Positions 53,191 to 64,000 of a stretch of 64,000 nt of DNA are shown piece after piece. This DNA comes from Cyanidioschyzon merolae. Lineage: Eukaryota. The position numbers and the translations under genes were made by a program. The notes beneath the pieces are model-generated. The model did no database searches and had not been told where the DNA came from. It was given only the letters and a program-made list of their open reading frames with translations. Location of the stretch: assembly GCA_000091205.1 (NCBI GenBank), contig AP006491.2; one strand, given 5' to 3'. The first letter of the stretch is position 1. Each line of letters begins with the position of its first letter.

Positions 53191-56172
53191 TCAGGGTACG
53201 AGATGCTTGCGCAGCAGCGGAGCAATGGGGACACCCCGTCGACTCTGGACCGCGGGACGCACTAGCTGCTCGTGCGTACGAACGGTAACCCATTCGGGAC
53301 CAAGTGGCGTACCGCCGACCGTTACAGCCTCAAAGTGAGCGGCACCCTGGAAACCTGACGGGACTCGCCGAACCTGAAGCATATCTGCAGCGCGCGCAAG
53401 ACGACGTTCCGACAGGATGACGTGCCCCAGCTGGCGGTCACGACGGCGTGCCTGCGCCATCGCTCGAACGCGCGCTGCAGCTTGCTCGCGACGTTCTTTC
53501 AGGCGTCGTTCGTAGGCGCTTTCCAGACCTGCCCCGGACCAAAAGCCCCAGCCAGGAAGCACCGTTGGAATCGCACTGGTATCCGCGAGCTCATCAAGCT
53601 CAGCCTCTAGCTGCGCTGCTTTCTGTCGGGCGAATTCTGCTTCATCCTCTGCGGTGGCTGCCCCCGCATCACCAAAGGCCACCTGCACCCAACGTACCTG
53701 TTCATCGGAGGCTTCGTTATCATGTCGATGGCCGGCCGGTTGATCCTTGAGTGCGGATCCCGCACTCGCCGCCGCCGCGTTAGTTGCGCACTTGTGTTGC
53801 GCAGCTTCCGATGGTGCATCTGAAGACACCGACGCGTTTGAAGCGCTCACTCTGGTACGTGGAGTAGAGGCGCGTGCTGCTGAAACGCAACTCGCGTCTG
53901 CGGCGCCTGGAGTCGACACGTACGTCAGCGCGTCTCCATTCGGAGCCGGAGACGGCGCCCGCAATCTTTTCAGCGCAACGGCATCAGTTGCGTGCGTCTC
54001 AAAGCCGGCATTGGACGACTTGCACAGTGGATCGCCTGGATGACCTGCGGAAGCAGACTGTTGCAACCACGGATTGCGATACGGGTCAGGTGTCGATGAT
54101 TTGTGCGCTTCCGCTCCCGAGGTATCGCCAGTAGGCCCATTTCTGCGGACGCTAGCAACGGATTCAAGATGCCGAGCGGAGCACGTTCCATCGCCCAGCG
54201 CACTGAACTCGGCTGTCTCTTCCGCACGGTGGCGTTTGCGCGAAGCGCTAGGCGCAGCTGGCAGCGCGTGTGCCGGCACACCGTCACAAGTCTCGACTGG
54301 TTGCTCCGAAGCGGATTCCGTGACTGGGGTTTCATCATTCGGCGTCGTTTCTCTGTTCGGCGCTGAAGCTGTTTCGAATCGTTTCGATGCCGCTAGCTCG
54401 GTTTCGTCGCCCAGCGCGGCCTCAAACTTTTGAAAAGTCGCATCTGTTGGCCGCAGCGGGATCGAATCGTCGCCGATGGGCCCAGCTGCACCACTGGTCC
54501 CGGTATGTCGCGTCTCGGGGTTCTTGCGTTCTCCGTGGCTGCAGCGTGCGCCACAAGCGGCACGGTCATTGGCGTCCTCGTCGTCTGAGAGCCTATTGCG
54601 GATATTATCCAAACTGTCGTCTTCGTCTTCGCTGGACTCGCTCGCGTCCGTAACACTTGTATCTGTTGCGGAATCAGCAACGCGAACGCCGTAACGACGC
54701 CGAGCATGCACCCAGTTCTCTGCCTGACAGTCGCGCTTATTAGGCACATCATGCAGCACTTGTTCCGCAGCTCGTTTCATAAAAGCCAAACCAGCAAGTC
54801 CCGAAAGAGCGCTTTTCGTTGCCCCCTGGCCAGACCCAGCTGCAGACGATCGTGCGGCAACGTTTTCAGTTTCTAGATCGCTCGGCGCATGTTGCGGATT
54901 GGATGGAGGCAGCGAGCCGCCGGCATCTTCCATGCGTTCTTCAGAGGATCCCGTGGACAGCAGCGCCGCTGGTCGACGTAGCGCCAGGTCCGCAGCGCGA
55001 TCCTGCTCTCGAATGGCATCGCGAGTCGCTGTATCGAGTTTCTCGAAGCCACGCTGCAGCTGGTGACGCACCCATTGGCTCTTGCGTCGATGGCGTTGCG
55101 TTGCACGCTCGAGGGCGCGTTGACGCTCCTGTTCCCGTTGGAGAGCCTCTAGCTCTGAGCGAGCGGCTGCAACCTCATCATTGTTTGTAGCTGCCGCTGG
55201 GCGCTGCCCCGGAGCCTTCGATCCTGCACCAGCGATGGCCTGCAAATCTCGAATGCGGAGCTCCCGGACGCGCTCTCGTCGGTGCTTGCGTAAGCGCCGC
55301 GTTCGTCGACTCGTGATCCGCTTGAGGAGTTTCGCGCGCTGCTCCTGGTAGAAAAGCAGCGTGCGATTCCTGGCGAGTTCCCGCTTACGGCGTTCAATTT
55401 CAGAGCGAGTGAGATGTTGGAGAGCGCGGCTTTCCGCCTGAAGCATCTGGTTTTCATCCAGTGCCTCTTGCGCAACGAGAATATCGCGGACGGTGGTCTC
55501 GAGCCCCGCTCGCGGAGTCTGCCGCATCGCCCTATCCAGCTGTTGAAGGTCGTTGACTGCCTCCCCGAAACTTGCTTCCCCAAGTTCTGATGCGTCTTTC
55601 AGCGGGAAAGATAGATGCTGCTTAGACTCGAGGTGCTGTACAACTGGCCGCCAACCTTCAAGCTCCTTCTTCCGTGCCTGGTATGCTGCTTTTTGCTGTG
55701 CTGCCGCAGCAGCGAGTCGATGTGGCGGTGGTCGCAACCGCTGATCCGGTCTTGCTTGCGATAGCCGCTCAATGTGGCGCTTCATTTCTTCATGGTGCAC
55801 GTCTCTGGGCGACAATGCGCCTAAAAAGTCGGTCAGCCGGACCTGTGGCTGTTCATGGCTACCGCTCCAGCCCAACGACGGCTGCTCTGGGTGCTCAGGC
55901 GGCGCGTCAAGCCGTTCTCGCACGTGTCGAGCGCGGCTTGGTACTCGGCCCAGAACCGATCGGAGCAGCGCATCGTGCGCCTCGCCGCTGTCGACGCCGG
56001 GTTCAGCGTCCGCGCTCAAGTACCACGCATCTGCGTCGGACGCCTCGCTCGGGCCGTTTGCTGGTGAGAATTGTTCCTCAGAGTCAGTGTCCGACCAGAC
56101 TTCCAGACCAAGCCTTCGCTCCAAGATCTTCATGGTACTAAATTGGTGCTCTCCGTCCTCCGATGACGACAT
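53191..56172 (-). CDS. UTP14: U3 snoRNP / SSU processome protein UTP14
   Basis: An acidic Ser-rich N-terminus (MSSSEDGEHQF...SDTDSEEQF) is followed by long charged coiled-coil-like regions. The C-terminus carries the conserved LPGWGFWSG motif. The track extends the ORF to 56577 through a non-coding 68-bp tandem repeat whose period is not a multiple of 3. The first ATG downstream of that repeat, at 56172, is the preferred start. Confidence 0.7.
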   Translation of the reverse strand: MSSSEDGEHQFSTMKILERRLGLEVWSDTDSEEQFSPANGPSEASDADAWYLSADAEPGVDSGEAHDALLRSVLGRVPSRARHVRERLDAPPEHPEQPSLGWSGSHEQPQVRLTDFLGALSPRDVHHEEMKRHIERLSQARPDQRLRPPPHRLAAAAAQQKAAYQARKKELEGWRPVVQHLESKQHLSFPLKDASELGEASFGEAVNDLQQLDRAMRQTPRAGLETTVRDILVAQEALDENQMLQAESRALQHLTRSEIERRKRELARNRTLLFYQEQRAKLLKRITSRRTRRLRKHRRERVRELRIRDLQAIAGAGSKAPGQRPAAATNNDEVAAARSELEALQREQERQRALERATQRHRRKSQWVRHQLQRGFEKLDTATRDAIREQDRAADLALRRPAALLSTGSSEERMEDAGGSLPPSNPQHAPSDLETENVAARSSAAGSGQGATKSALSGLAGLAFMKRAAEQVLHDVPNKRDCQAENWVHARRRYGVRVADSATDTSVTDASESSEDEDDSLDNIRNRLSDDEDANDRAACGARCSHGERKNPETRHTGTSGAAGPIGDDSIPLRPTDATFQKFEAALGDETELAASKRFETASAPNRETTPNDETPVTESASEQPVETCDGVPAHALPAAPSASRKRHRAEETAEFSALGDGTCSARHLESVASVRRNGPTGDTSGAEAHKSSTPDPYRNPWLQQSASAGHPGDPLCKSSNAGFETHATDAVALKRLRAPSPAPNGDALTYVSTPGAADASCVSAARASTPRTRVSASNASVSSDAPSEAAQHKCATNAAAASAGSALKDQPAGHRHDNEASDEQVRWVQVAFGDAGAATAEDEAEFARQKAAQLEAELDELADTSAIPTVLPGWGFWSGAGLESAYERRLKERREQAAARVRAMAQARRRDRQLGHVILSERRLARAADMLQVRRVPSGFQGAAHFEAVTVGGTPLGPEWVTVRTHEQLVRPAVQSRRGVPIAPLLRKHLVP

Positions 56173-56270
56173 GTCTTCCTCTGCTGTCGTCAACAGCGGG
56201 CACGCCTTGAACATACGTGTCCGTAACGGAGCGGCGCATGCGTGTCGGTGTCGCCGCGTGCACGCATGCG

Positions 56271-56480
56271 TGCAGCAGCCCAGTACCAGGAATGGAATAT
56301 TTTGTCGCAGATCTGCTGTTGCGCTGCATGCAGCTGCGTGCAGCAGCCCAGTACCAGGAATGGAATACGTTGTCGCAGATCTGCTGTTGCGCTGCATGCA
56401 GCTGCGTGCAGCAGCCCAGTACCAGGAATGGAATACTTTGTCGCAGATCTGCTGTTGCACTGCATGCAGATGCGTGCAGG
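56271..56480. repeat. 68-bp tandem repeat (about 3 units) with embedded perfect palindromes gcagatctgc and tgcatgca, immediately upstream of UTP14
   Basis: tgcagcagcccagtaccaggaatggaata..ttgtcgcagatctgctgttgc.ctgcatgcag.tgcg occurs at 56271, 56339 and 56407. Confidence 0.8.
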
Positions 56481-57884
56481 CGAGCACCGCAGACCGTTCG
56501 CGTTGCAAGCTCTGGTAAACGATACAAGAGGCTTGTGCACATGGCATGGACTCTGGGCAGAGGAGACTCTCTCTCAAATAGTGCTTTTCGGTAGATGTTG
56601 CGAGACGCTTCTAAAGATGGGATGGAGTATGGAAATAAGAGACTTGGCGATTTCGTCAGATACTGTGGAGCGGAACAACGACGCAGTGCGCTTCGACGGA
56701 TGGGAAGACTTGTGGAAACGCGATTCAGCCATCGCGACACCAAAGCGGAAGCGCGGAAGCAGCGCGTGCATCGTTGCTGCATATGAACAGCTGTCATGAC
56801 GGAGATCGAAGGCGTGCTCACTACTTGCAGCAAGACACGGAAGCGAGTATGCGTTGAGCGCGCTCGACGAATGACCCGGTGATTGCGCCAGCTCCTTATG
56901 ATCGGATCGGGAACACGGGACGCAGCCCCGTTCAGCGGCACTGCCTGAAACCGACAGAAGGCACCGAATGAGTACAGCAGCCGAATCGAGGAGTTGTGGA
57001 CAACCTAGAGTAGATCGAGAGGGCCATAGAACGTTCATGGAACTCTTCCAGAAAAAAACACAGCGGCTGCTACCGAATAGGATCCGGCGAACACCTCCGC
57101 CCAACAAACTAACAAACAAACAAAGAAACAGCTGGAGCGTCAAGCTCCCTGTCTGGTGCCGATTTCTCCACAGCGCGTGTGGTGCACCGATAGACTCCGG
57201 GCTGACGCTGGTTCATTCCTGGAAAAGCACCACGGGCTCTATCAGGCGAATGCAACCGCTCCGTGGCCATAGATCGGCGCCAAAATGCTGATAAACAGCG
57301 TCAGTGCCCGTTCAGATACCTAGAAGACATCCGGCATGTCTGGACGGCAGCGCAGTGCCGCTGAAACCTTTCCCAGAGACCAGCAGCAAACGCGTCCCAT
57401 ACGACGTCCCGATAAAGCAGACCACGACCAGCGTACCGCGACCACCTGCGCTGGCATCAGGCCCGAGCGATACGCACTGCGCTCAGACGTGCGGTTGGTG
57501 CAAGCCCTGTCGCTTCACTTGCCATAGGTACCGCAGCATTTTCATGGTCGAAGATGAACGCCTCTGTCCAAACTCTATGGCGTGCGCGTTGCGAGTCGAC
57601 TGTCGGCGTCGGGGGCTCGGCTACTCCGAAGACGCTCAATGTGTGTTCGCGTAGAGTGTCGGGTGCCTCGAGGTGCAGCGTTCGAGGCACCACGCTACGT
57701 CTTGCTCCGGTGCCGCGTGCCTACTTTACACGTATCCACAACAACACACAGACACACACACAACCACAACTCTAGAGGCATATCCATTGGGTTACAGTGA
57801 AACCCCGCCCATGACCAACGCGCACTGATCCATACAGAGCGCCAAGCTCTCGACACCATAGACACCCTCGATGTATCACCGATA

Positions 57885-60800
57885 TCACTGGGGTGGCTGC
57901 TGGGGGCCCCAGGCGAAGGGCCTCACCTCAGCCAGGTCCGGGTAACGGTGAATCCAGTCCAGATACGCCTCTGGTGACTCGTCGCCCTCTGATGCTGCCT
58001 CTATCTCGATGCCTACCGCCAGAGCGTGTTGCCGTCGTTCACCAGCAAGTCGAGCAATATTTTCCGACCAGTACGCATCCAACTGGGCTGCTACTTCACA
58101 AAACGCCTGCTGCTTCATCTCAGCCGCTAAAGGCGTCGTGATTCGCATCATCGGCTGCGGGGGCGGCCACAAGAGGCCGTGTTGCTGGACTCGGCGCCAA
58201 TAGAACGCATGTCGAATCCAGTCCGCAGCACTGAGCGCTTCGGTAGCGCTACAGCTCCGTCGCAAAAAGGCGGGAATAGCACGAAGCTGCGCAAGCGCCT
58301 CCGTCGGATCGGCAAGCACGCTCAGTTCAGAGAAACGATCTGCGCTGTTCAGATCGCCCAGAAGACGCTCATAAACCATCGCCATGAGCGTTGTGCCTAG
58401 TCTGCTGTCCGTGTGGTGTGCATAGAGCCACTCGAGACCACGTTCGAGCGCTGTGCTCGAGTCGTGCCCCAAAGACGCCGAATCTGTCGCAATCTGTCGT
58501 TCGTCCGCAGAGGCCAGGGCTGCCTCCGGACAGCGCACCTCATTCAGAAGCGCCAACGCCACCACGACAACCGCGGTATCGATATCAAGTCGACCAAGAC
58601 GCGAGAGTAACGACCAGCGCTCCACGTCGTGGTAGCAAATGCATCCGGTGAAGGCGAGGCTCACCAGAAGCAAGCCCGCCAGAGGTCCACGCGCCTTCGG
58701 TCCCGCTCCCTGCAACGTATTGATGAGCGTCTCAAGGGCTTGTCGGACACCGGACTCCAAGCCGTCCTGAGCCCCATCATCACTTCGAACGCATTCGAGT
58801 AAAGCGAGCAGCTGCAACATCGCGAAGAGGATAGGCTGAGCGCGGGCACCGCCAGAACGGTCCAGTATGCGCTGCAACACCTCGCGAATGCGACGCAAAC
58901 TCGGTACTGAAGCCTCGGTTACAACCAAAGTCGCGCTGGAACGCGACCGTGACGCTGCTTCCTCGCCTGCCGAGCACGAGGACGAGCAGAGAGCTGTCAA
59001 CGCGGCTGGCCCGAGACGTCGCAAGACCTTCATCACGATCTGAACAAAGCGACTCTCGAGTGCTGCGGTGCCTGCTCCGGACGGCAGCGCTCGGTTGGCG
59101 CGCTCGAGTGCCTCCATCGCCATGTGCCAGTTGTGCTGTGCTGCTCGCTGGCATCCGAGCGTCCACTGCAGCTCAGCAAAGCTATCCTGAATGCGCGCTA
59201 GACTCGAATACAAAAGCGCATCTAGCATGCACAACGAGGCTTGCATGTTGCGGGTCCCGGTTCCGTCGGGTTGTCCCTGCACAGTCGCTGTCGAAGGTTG
59301 TGCGTTGTCGCTTGTCGACACGATGGGCGCTGTCGGAAGCGCCACAGCAGCATGCGCAGTTGCAGCAGGAGCAACAGCGGCTGTTTCCGCTCCTGCTCGC
59401 GCTGCAGAGTCGACAGTACCCCGGGTACCGTCTAGGCAAGCCCGCTGCCCCGCGATTCCACTCCATATTTCCGTCTCCACTGCGGAGGCGGCTGCTCCTG
59501 GCACCTCAGGTGCCTCTGTGTAGCGCGCGTGCGCAGCTCGTTCGCTTTCATGTGACGCACCGCCGGCGTTTCGCTCAAGCAACAAGCGTTCGAGCTCGCC
59601 AACGAGGCTCAAGGCCTCGGTGTGCCGTCCCTCTGCAGCCAAGAGCGACGCATACGCTGTACCGACAAGTGTCATCAACTGGAGCGCGTCGCTACTGGAT
59701 GAACGCATCAGATGGTCTCGGAAACTCCAGCTCCGCGAAAGCGCCTCGGCAGCTGCAACAATCTTACCCTGCTGCTGGTAGGCCTCCCCGAGTGCGTACC
59801 AGGCGAGCAGTCGCCGACGATCTCGAAAGGCACTGACATCCTCAGTCTGCAGGTATTTTTGGAGTGAGACGGAGCAAGCCGACCAGTCCTGCCGCTCGAA
59901 CTGCAACCAGCCTAACGTGAACCAGGCCCATGGTAGCGTCCTCGAATGAGCAGCGATCGTCGTCAGGCACACTTGTTCCATGCGTTGGACGGCGTTCCAG
60001 ACGGCGCTGGAGTCCATTCGTTGCACCTGCTCGTGCAGGAGCCACGAGTAAGCCTGTACAAGTCGTAGCGCGGCAGTTTCATCGCTCGGTTCGAGTGCAT
60101 GCGCTCTTTCGAGACAATGCAGGGCGAGCTGCCAGTACCGGCGAGCTTTCTGAGAACGCTCTCGTGCATCGCCGCGATTCACCTGCTCTGTGACACTGGC
60201 ATGCTCCTGCGACAGGGGCTCGTTTCCAGGCAACGGATGCTCTGCGGATGCAGCGCTCCCCTGCGCCTCACCTGGGCCTGTGCGCCGGTCTTGAGGCTCT
60301 GCACTGCGCGTCGCATTGTCCAGTGTCGATGATGACGGCGACAACGTACCCGGTCGCTTCGTCGCACTGGGTTCGCTCCGCTGCCTCAGTCGAGCGGCGT
60401 CCGCTTCGTTCGGAGTACCCGAAGCATTCATGGACGCTGTCGTCGACGTCTGATGAGCCGCGCTCGAGTCTGTAACCGGCACCTGCACATCATGTGGGAG
60501 CAGTGATACCGAAACGCTCGGTCGCGCGAAGGGCACCGCTCCAGACAATGCACCACAGCCCGAGGCTCCTGCGCGTACTGCAGCCAGACTTGCAGCAGCG
60601 GTCGGATTAGCGCTACCCGACGCTTTCCAGATAGCGTGATCCATCTCTGGTGCCGGGGTGTCCAGCACCAGGGCACGTTCGCCGGCACCCGACGGCCAAC
60701 CCAGCGCTAGGGCGCTTTCCCAGAGTACGCGCGCCAGCTCCAGGTACGGTGCACCGAAACACGGGTCGATTGCTATCGCCGCCAGCAAGTCTGGTATCGC

Positions 60801-62549
60801 ATCAGCAGCTCTGGAGCTGGCGTCGCACTCCACTGGGGCGGATTGCTTACGCTGGTGCCGCAGACGGCGATGTCGTGCCCGACTTTGCAAGGCGAGTGCT
60901 CGTAGGCGAGAGGTCGAGGCGACGTCACGACCCCATCCAAGAAGCACAAGTCCCAGGGGCATCGGTGTCGGCTCGTGGTCATCTGCTTCCACCCGCAGAT
61001 TTTGCAGCACTGACCAGTGTCGCTCCCAGTCGACGCAGCGGTCACCAGCGTAGGAGCGCCCCAGTGACGCCTCTGAGCGTGCCTGCTCATCGTGCCACTC
61101 TATGCGATGAACTTGTGCCCACAAGTCATTCGGATCAGCCGCCAACACCTGTTCACAGAGCGACAGTGCTCGTTGGCGCGAGCGCACATCGTTGTGTTGC
61201 CAAAGCTCCACTGCAAGTAGGCGCCAGGCAGCACAGCGCAGACGCGTCGACCAGAGCACCGCATCGCCCGTGAACGCTTCGGTGTGAAGAACCTCCAGAG
61301 CCATCTGGAAAGCATCTTGTGCCTCCTGCGGATGACCCAGCGCATGCTTCGCAATACCCACGGCCAAATGGAGCGATGCAAGGAGTACGGAAAGATGTCG
61401 CTGCTCTGACTGAAGCTCGCGGAGATGCTGCACCGCGCGTCCAGCAGCTCGAGCAACGACATGCCATTCTCTGCGGTGCATGCCGACACCCAACTGCAGT
61501 AGCGCCTGCGTCAGAGGTGTCTTACCTCTAAAGTTGTCGATGGCGAGGTCCTCGGTGCTGCTTCGAGCGGCAGTGCTTCTGCTGTCGTCATTCCGACATC
61601 GAATAGCAATCACGAAAAGAAGCACCCGAGCCAGCTCGTTGGTGTGCGCACTATACGGCACTCGGTGAACCGTTCGCTGGCACCATTCTCGCCATGAGTT
61701 TACCAACGACTGCGGCGCTGTGTCGTTGAACAGCAACGCTTCGAGTACGCTGGTGCATACGACGTCACCGCTTGCGGCACCGTTTATCCAGGAGTCCAGC
61801 AGCGCATGCGGGTCGCCTGCGTACGTCCACATGCTCATTGCTGCTCGGAGGTACGCGTCAAAGCGAACAGGGTGCTCGCGCCATGCCCTTGTTGCTGCAC
61901 GTTGAAACCATCTCCACAACGCCACGAGTCCGCCGGTGGTGCTGCTTTTCAAGTAGCCAGCCATGTGTAGCCACTCGAGCGCGTCGGGCTCACGGTGTTC
62001 CACTTCGAAACGTGCCTGGAGACGTTCGCAGTCTAGTTCGTTGAATGCATGATCCGAGGGTGTTCGTCCACACAAGACGTCGAGTGCTCGTTGACGACGC
62101 ACCAGAAGCTGCTCAAGTCGCTGTTCATCTGTCGCTGTTGGCTCGGCTTCTATGCAGCGGTCGCACGCTTCGAGAACCGCACGCCAGTAGGCTGTCGACT
62201 CGGTTCCCGTTGCCTCAGCGGCGGACTCACAGAGTCCTCGCCATGCCAAGAGGTCCGTCGGACGCAGCGCTGTGGCGCGCTGGTAAGCCTGGAGCGATCG
62301 TTCTCGCTCGCCAAGGCCCGCTGCAGCTGCACCCACGAAAACGTATGCGAAGTAGTTGCCTCGATCCTGTTGAAGGACCTGCCGGGCACACTCCAGCGCA
62401 TAGGCGTAACGTTTGTCGCGAAGTGCCTCTTTCGCCTCGCGGAGCAAACCCGAGACCGACGCGTTTGCTCTGGCGCTCATGATCCATATTCTTGAAGCTT
62501 GCGATTCGCGCTTCTGCACAAAAAGAAGAAGCCTGAATGCGTCGACCAA
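57885..62549 (-). CDS. SKI3: SKI3 / TTC37-like TPR-repeat subunit of the SKI complex
   Basis: The N-terminus LLREAKEALRDKRYAYALECARQVLQQDRGNYFAYVFVGAAAAGLGE...DLLAWRGL closely matches the TTC37 N-terminus (NNYNAWVFIGVAAAELEQ...QLLAWQGL). The 1554-aa ORF is TPR-like throughout. The track start is not an ATG; the first ATG is about 23 codons in, near 62480. Confidence 0.75.
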   Translation of the reverse strand: MVDAFRLLLFVQKRESQASRIWIMSARANASVSGLLREAKEALRDKRYAYALECARQVLQQDRGNYFAYVFVGAAAAGLGERERSLQAYQRATALRPTDLLAWRGLCESAAEATGTESTAYWRAVLEACDRCIEAEPTATDEQRLEQLLVRRQRALDVLCGRTPSDHAFNELDCERLQARFEVEHREPDALEWLHMAGYLKSSTTGGLVALWRWFQRAATRAWREHPVRFDAYLRAAMSMWTYAGDPHALLDSWINGAASGDVVCTSVLEALLFNDTAPQSLVNSWREWCQRTVHRVPYSAHTNELARVLLFVIAIRCRNDDSRSTAARSSTEDLAIDNFRGKTPLTQALLQLGVGMHRREWHVVARAAGRAVQHLRELQSEQRHLSVLLASLHLAVGIAKHALGHPQEAQDAFQMALEVLHTEAFTGDAVLWSTRLRCAAWRLLAVELWQHNDVRSRQRALSLCEQVLAADPNDLWAQVHRIEWHDEQARSEASLGRSYAGDRCVDWERHWSVLQNLRVEADDHEPTPMPLGLVLLGWGRDVASTSRLRALALQSRARHRRLRHQRKQSAPVECDASSRAADAIPDLLAAIAIDPCFGAPYLELARVLWESALALGWPSGAGERALVLDTPAPEMDHAIWKASGSANPTAAASLAAVRAGASGCGALSGAVPFARPSVSVSLLPHDVQVPVTDSSAAHQTSTTASMNASGTPNEADAARLRQRSEPSATKRPGTLSPSSSTLDNATRSAEPQDRRTGPGEAQGSAASAEHPLPGNEPLSQEHASVTEQVNRGDARERSQKARRYWQLALHCLERAHALEPSDETAALRLVQAYSWLLHEQVQRMDSSAVWNAVQRMEQVCLTTIAAHSRTLPWAWFTLGWLQFERQDWSACSVSLQKYLQTEDVSAFRDRRRLLAWYALGEAYQQQGKIVAAAEALSRSWSFRDHLMRSSSSDALQLMTLVGTAYASLLAAEGRHTEALSLVGELERLLLERNAGGASHESERAAHARYTEAPEVPGAAASAVETEIWSGIAGQRACLDGTRGTVDSAARAGAETAAVAPAATAHAAVALPTAPIVSTSDNAQPSTATVQGQPDGTGTRNMQASLCMLDALLYSSLARIQDSFAELQWTLGCQRAAQHNWHMAMEALERANRALPSGAGTAALESRFVQIVMKVLRRLGPAALTALCSSSCSAGEEAASRSRSSATLVVTEASVPSLRRIREVLQRILDRSGGARAQPILFAMLQLLALLECVRSDDGAQDGLESGVRQALETLINTLQGAGPKARGPLAGLLLVSLAFTGCICYHDVERWSLLSRLGRLDIDTAVVVVALALLNEVRCPEAALASADERQIATDSASLGHDSSTALERGLEWLYAHHTDSRLGTTLMAMVYERLLGDLNSADRFSELSVLADPTEALAQLRAIPAFLRRSCSATEALSAADWIRHAFYWRRVQQHGLLWPPPQPMMRITTPLAAEMKQQAFCEVAAQLDAYWSENIARLAGERRQHALAVGIEIEAASEGDESPEAYLDWIHRYPDLAEVRPFAWGPQQPPQ

Positions 62550-64000
62550 GTCGCTGCGTTGCTGGTACTCGACCCGGCGCTCGTCGTGGCAGCCAGTGCC
62601 TTCACTGGCGCAGCTCTAGGCCGCCGTTTTCGGCACAAACCGAGTACCGGACTGCAGATTCTCCGAACACTCGCTCCGTTTCCGCCAACGTCTGCAGTTG
62701 ATGAAAGTATGCTATAGGATCTTGTTCTACCAGAATCAGACACCTGAATACGACACGAGAAAGCACGAGCGAAGCAGGCCTGAACGGCTTGGAGACGCTC
62801 GTGCCGTCGCCTGCCGAGCACGTCCACGTCGCCGCTGCACTGCAGGATGCATTCATCGATACCGGGTGTCGAATGAGAAGCAACAGGTCAACCTGGGTAA
62901 TGAGGGCGTACACACACAATAAAGTTATGCTTTGTTGGTAATTGTCAGCGACAACAGCCTTGACGGGGTTGCTCAGCGAATGCTTGCGTATCCTGTCTCT
63001 AGTCTCTGGATTGAGAATCGGGAATTTCTCCTGTAATTCCTGCAGCATTCTTCACAGTCAAAGCATGTTGATGGTCGCGGTCAAGTCCCGAGATCTCGCC
63101 GCTTCCCACTTTTTCGATGCACGTTATGCACAGGCATAAGCTGCAATCTACGCTGCGATGTCTATGTTCGTTTCCTTCGTGTAATGCCTCGTCTTGCACT
63201 TTGGAGCAGCAGCGACGCTTGACGCTGCGCAGGTGTTGCCGCCTGTCGACTGCAACTCCTCCTCGTCTTCCGAGTGCTGCACTGTGGCGTGCAAATGCTT
63301 GCTCCATCGCTCGCCGTATGCCGTTGACAGGTACAGAAGGATACGCTCGATGCCGTTTTCCGTTTCCGCACCTGGTGCAGGACCCGGCGATCACGGGCTT
63401 CGTCTGGCAGCTCCACCAGACGAGTACTCTGCCCGCTACGTATGGAAGCGCGTGCTGTTCCATTCGATAGAGGGTGTGTGGACCGCAATGCTTTCCATGA
63501 TGAGACGAGTACCGGAAGGAGAATCAAACCCGGAAAAGAGGGAAAATTATTCGACCCGTCTACGTTCTCTTCGTGCAGAGCGGTGACGCATGCCGCACGG
63601 GAAGCGATCGCTGCGATGACTCAGGCCCAGCTTCCATGAACATTTTTCGAGCAAACATATGAAACGCCACCCCTGATAGCATATACGGTGCGAGGTATCA
63701 CGTTTCTGTCGAATGGCGTCTCGTCGATAGCCATAAAGAAATCGGGATCACTTGCCATTCGAATGGAATGAATGATTCGAGGTGACACGATTCGTGGACG
63801 CTTCGTATGCGCTTGGGGAACGTCATCAAGTATTGAGGTCGAATCCTTTTAGTCTTTCATCCCGCACCGCGAATAACTCTGCCCACGAGTTGCCTTGAAA
63901 CCGAAAGATCCAGAATCTGAACGATATGTGATTCGAGCAAGCCCTGTCTAGCGTACCGAGAACAACAGAGGTATCTACGCAGATACTGATTCACAATTTC

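Noticed and set aside
56173-56577. N-terminal 135-codon extension of the UTP14 ORF
   Set aside because: It runs through a 68-bp tandem repeat whose period is not a multiple of 3 and is Cys/His/Ala-rich nonsense. A canonical acidic UTP14 N-terminus begins at the first ATG downstream of the repeat (56172).
56138-57143. Overlapping minus-strand ORFs of 267 and 189 aa upstream of UTP14
   Set aside because: They overlap each other and the 68-bp repeat in different frames and have no domains. They lie in a presumptive promoter or intergenic region.
1-64000. Prokaryotic or viral origin (operon-like packing, TnpB)
   Set aside because: The gene content (UTP14, SKI3, RRP40, COQ3 with a presequence, a LINE RT, LSD1 zinc fingers, SLC4) is eukaryotic nuclear. 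TnpB-like proteins in this context are Fanzor-type.

Overview
This window reads as eukaryotic nuclear DNA, GC-rich by eye, from a compact, apparently intron-poor genome. Long uninterrupted ORFs give eight confident housekeeping genes. These are a copper amine oxidase (3448-5349, -), an SLC4-type anion exchanger (8267-10780, +), a protein with three LSD1-type zinc fingers (36112-37398, +) and an isoaspartyl peptidase / L-asparaginase (43164-44543, +). The others are COQ3/UbiG O-methyltransferase (49325-50434, +), exosome subunit RRP40 (51804-52616, -), UTP14 (53191-56172, -) and SKI3/TTC37 (57885-62549, -). A WD40 protein (37429-40302, -) and a 1353-aa secreted Ser/Thr/Pro-rich mucin-like protein with nested Cys-rich tandem repeats (19492-23553, -) complete the protein-coding set. 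The main result is a repeated family of four co-oriented 2.2-2.7 kb elements (about 1150-3350, 5598-8280, 14968-17535, 28226-30965). Each carries a conserved 5' leader with a TATA-like box and a roughly 770-aa reading frame that ends in an unmistakable TnpB/Fanzor-type RuvC nuclease core. That core shows RuvC-I as [14 protein letters not shown], the [21 protein letters not shown] block, and RuvC-III as [11 protein letters not shown] conserved, structured non-coding tail of about 80-130 nt follows the stop and is a candidate guide-RNA (fRNA/omegaRNA) scaffold. Each copy carries different nonsense or frameshift lesions, so this is a decaying, recently amplified, RNA-guided-nuclease-bearing transposon family. 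The canonical RuvC-II glutamate appears displaced or absent, and the zinc finger is an unusual HH...C...C arrangement. Other content is a degenerate non-LTR (LINE) retroelement (about 31750-34700), a 66-bp satellite with a 198-bp higher-order period (42078-42700), a 68-bp palindrome-containing tandem repeat upstream of UTP14, a 1.2-kb dispersed repeat pair (12452-13660 and 47486-48700) and CA microsatellites. No tRNA, rRNA or CRISPR arrays were seen. The ORF track shows M for non-ATG starts, so several gene starts were moved to the first real ATG.
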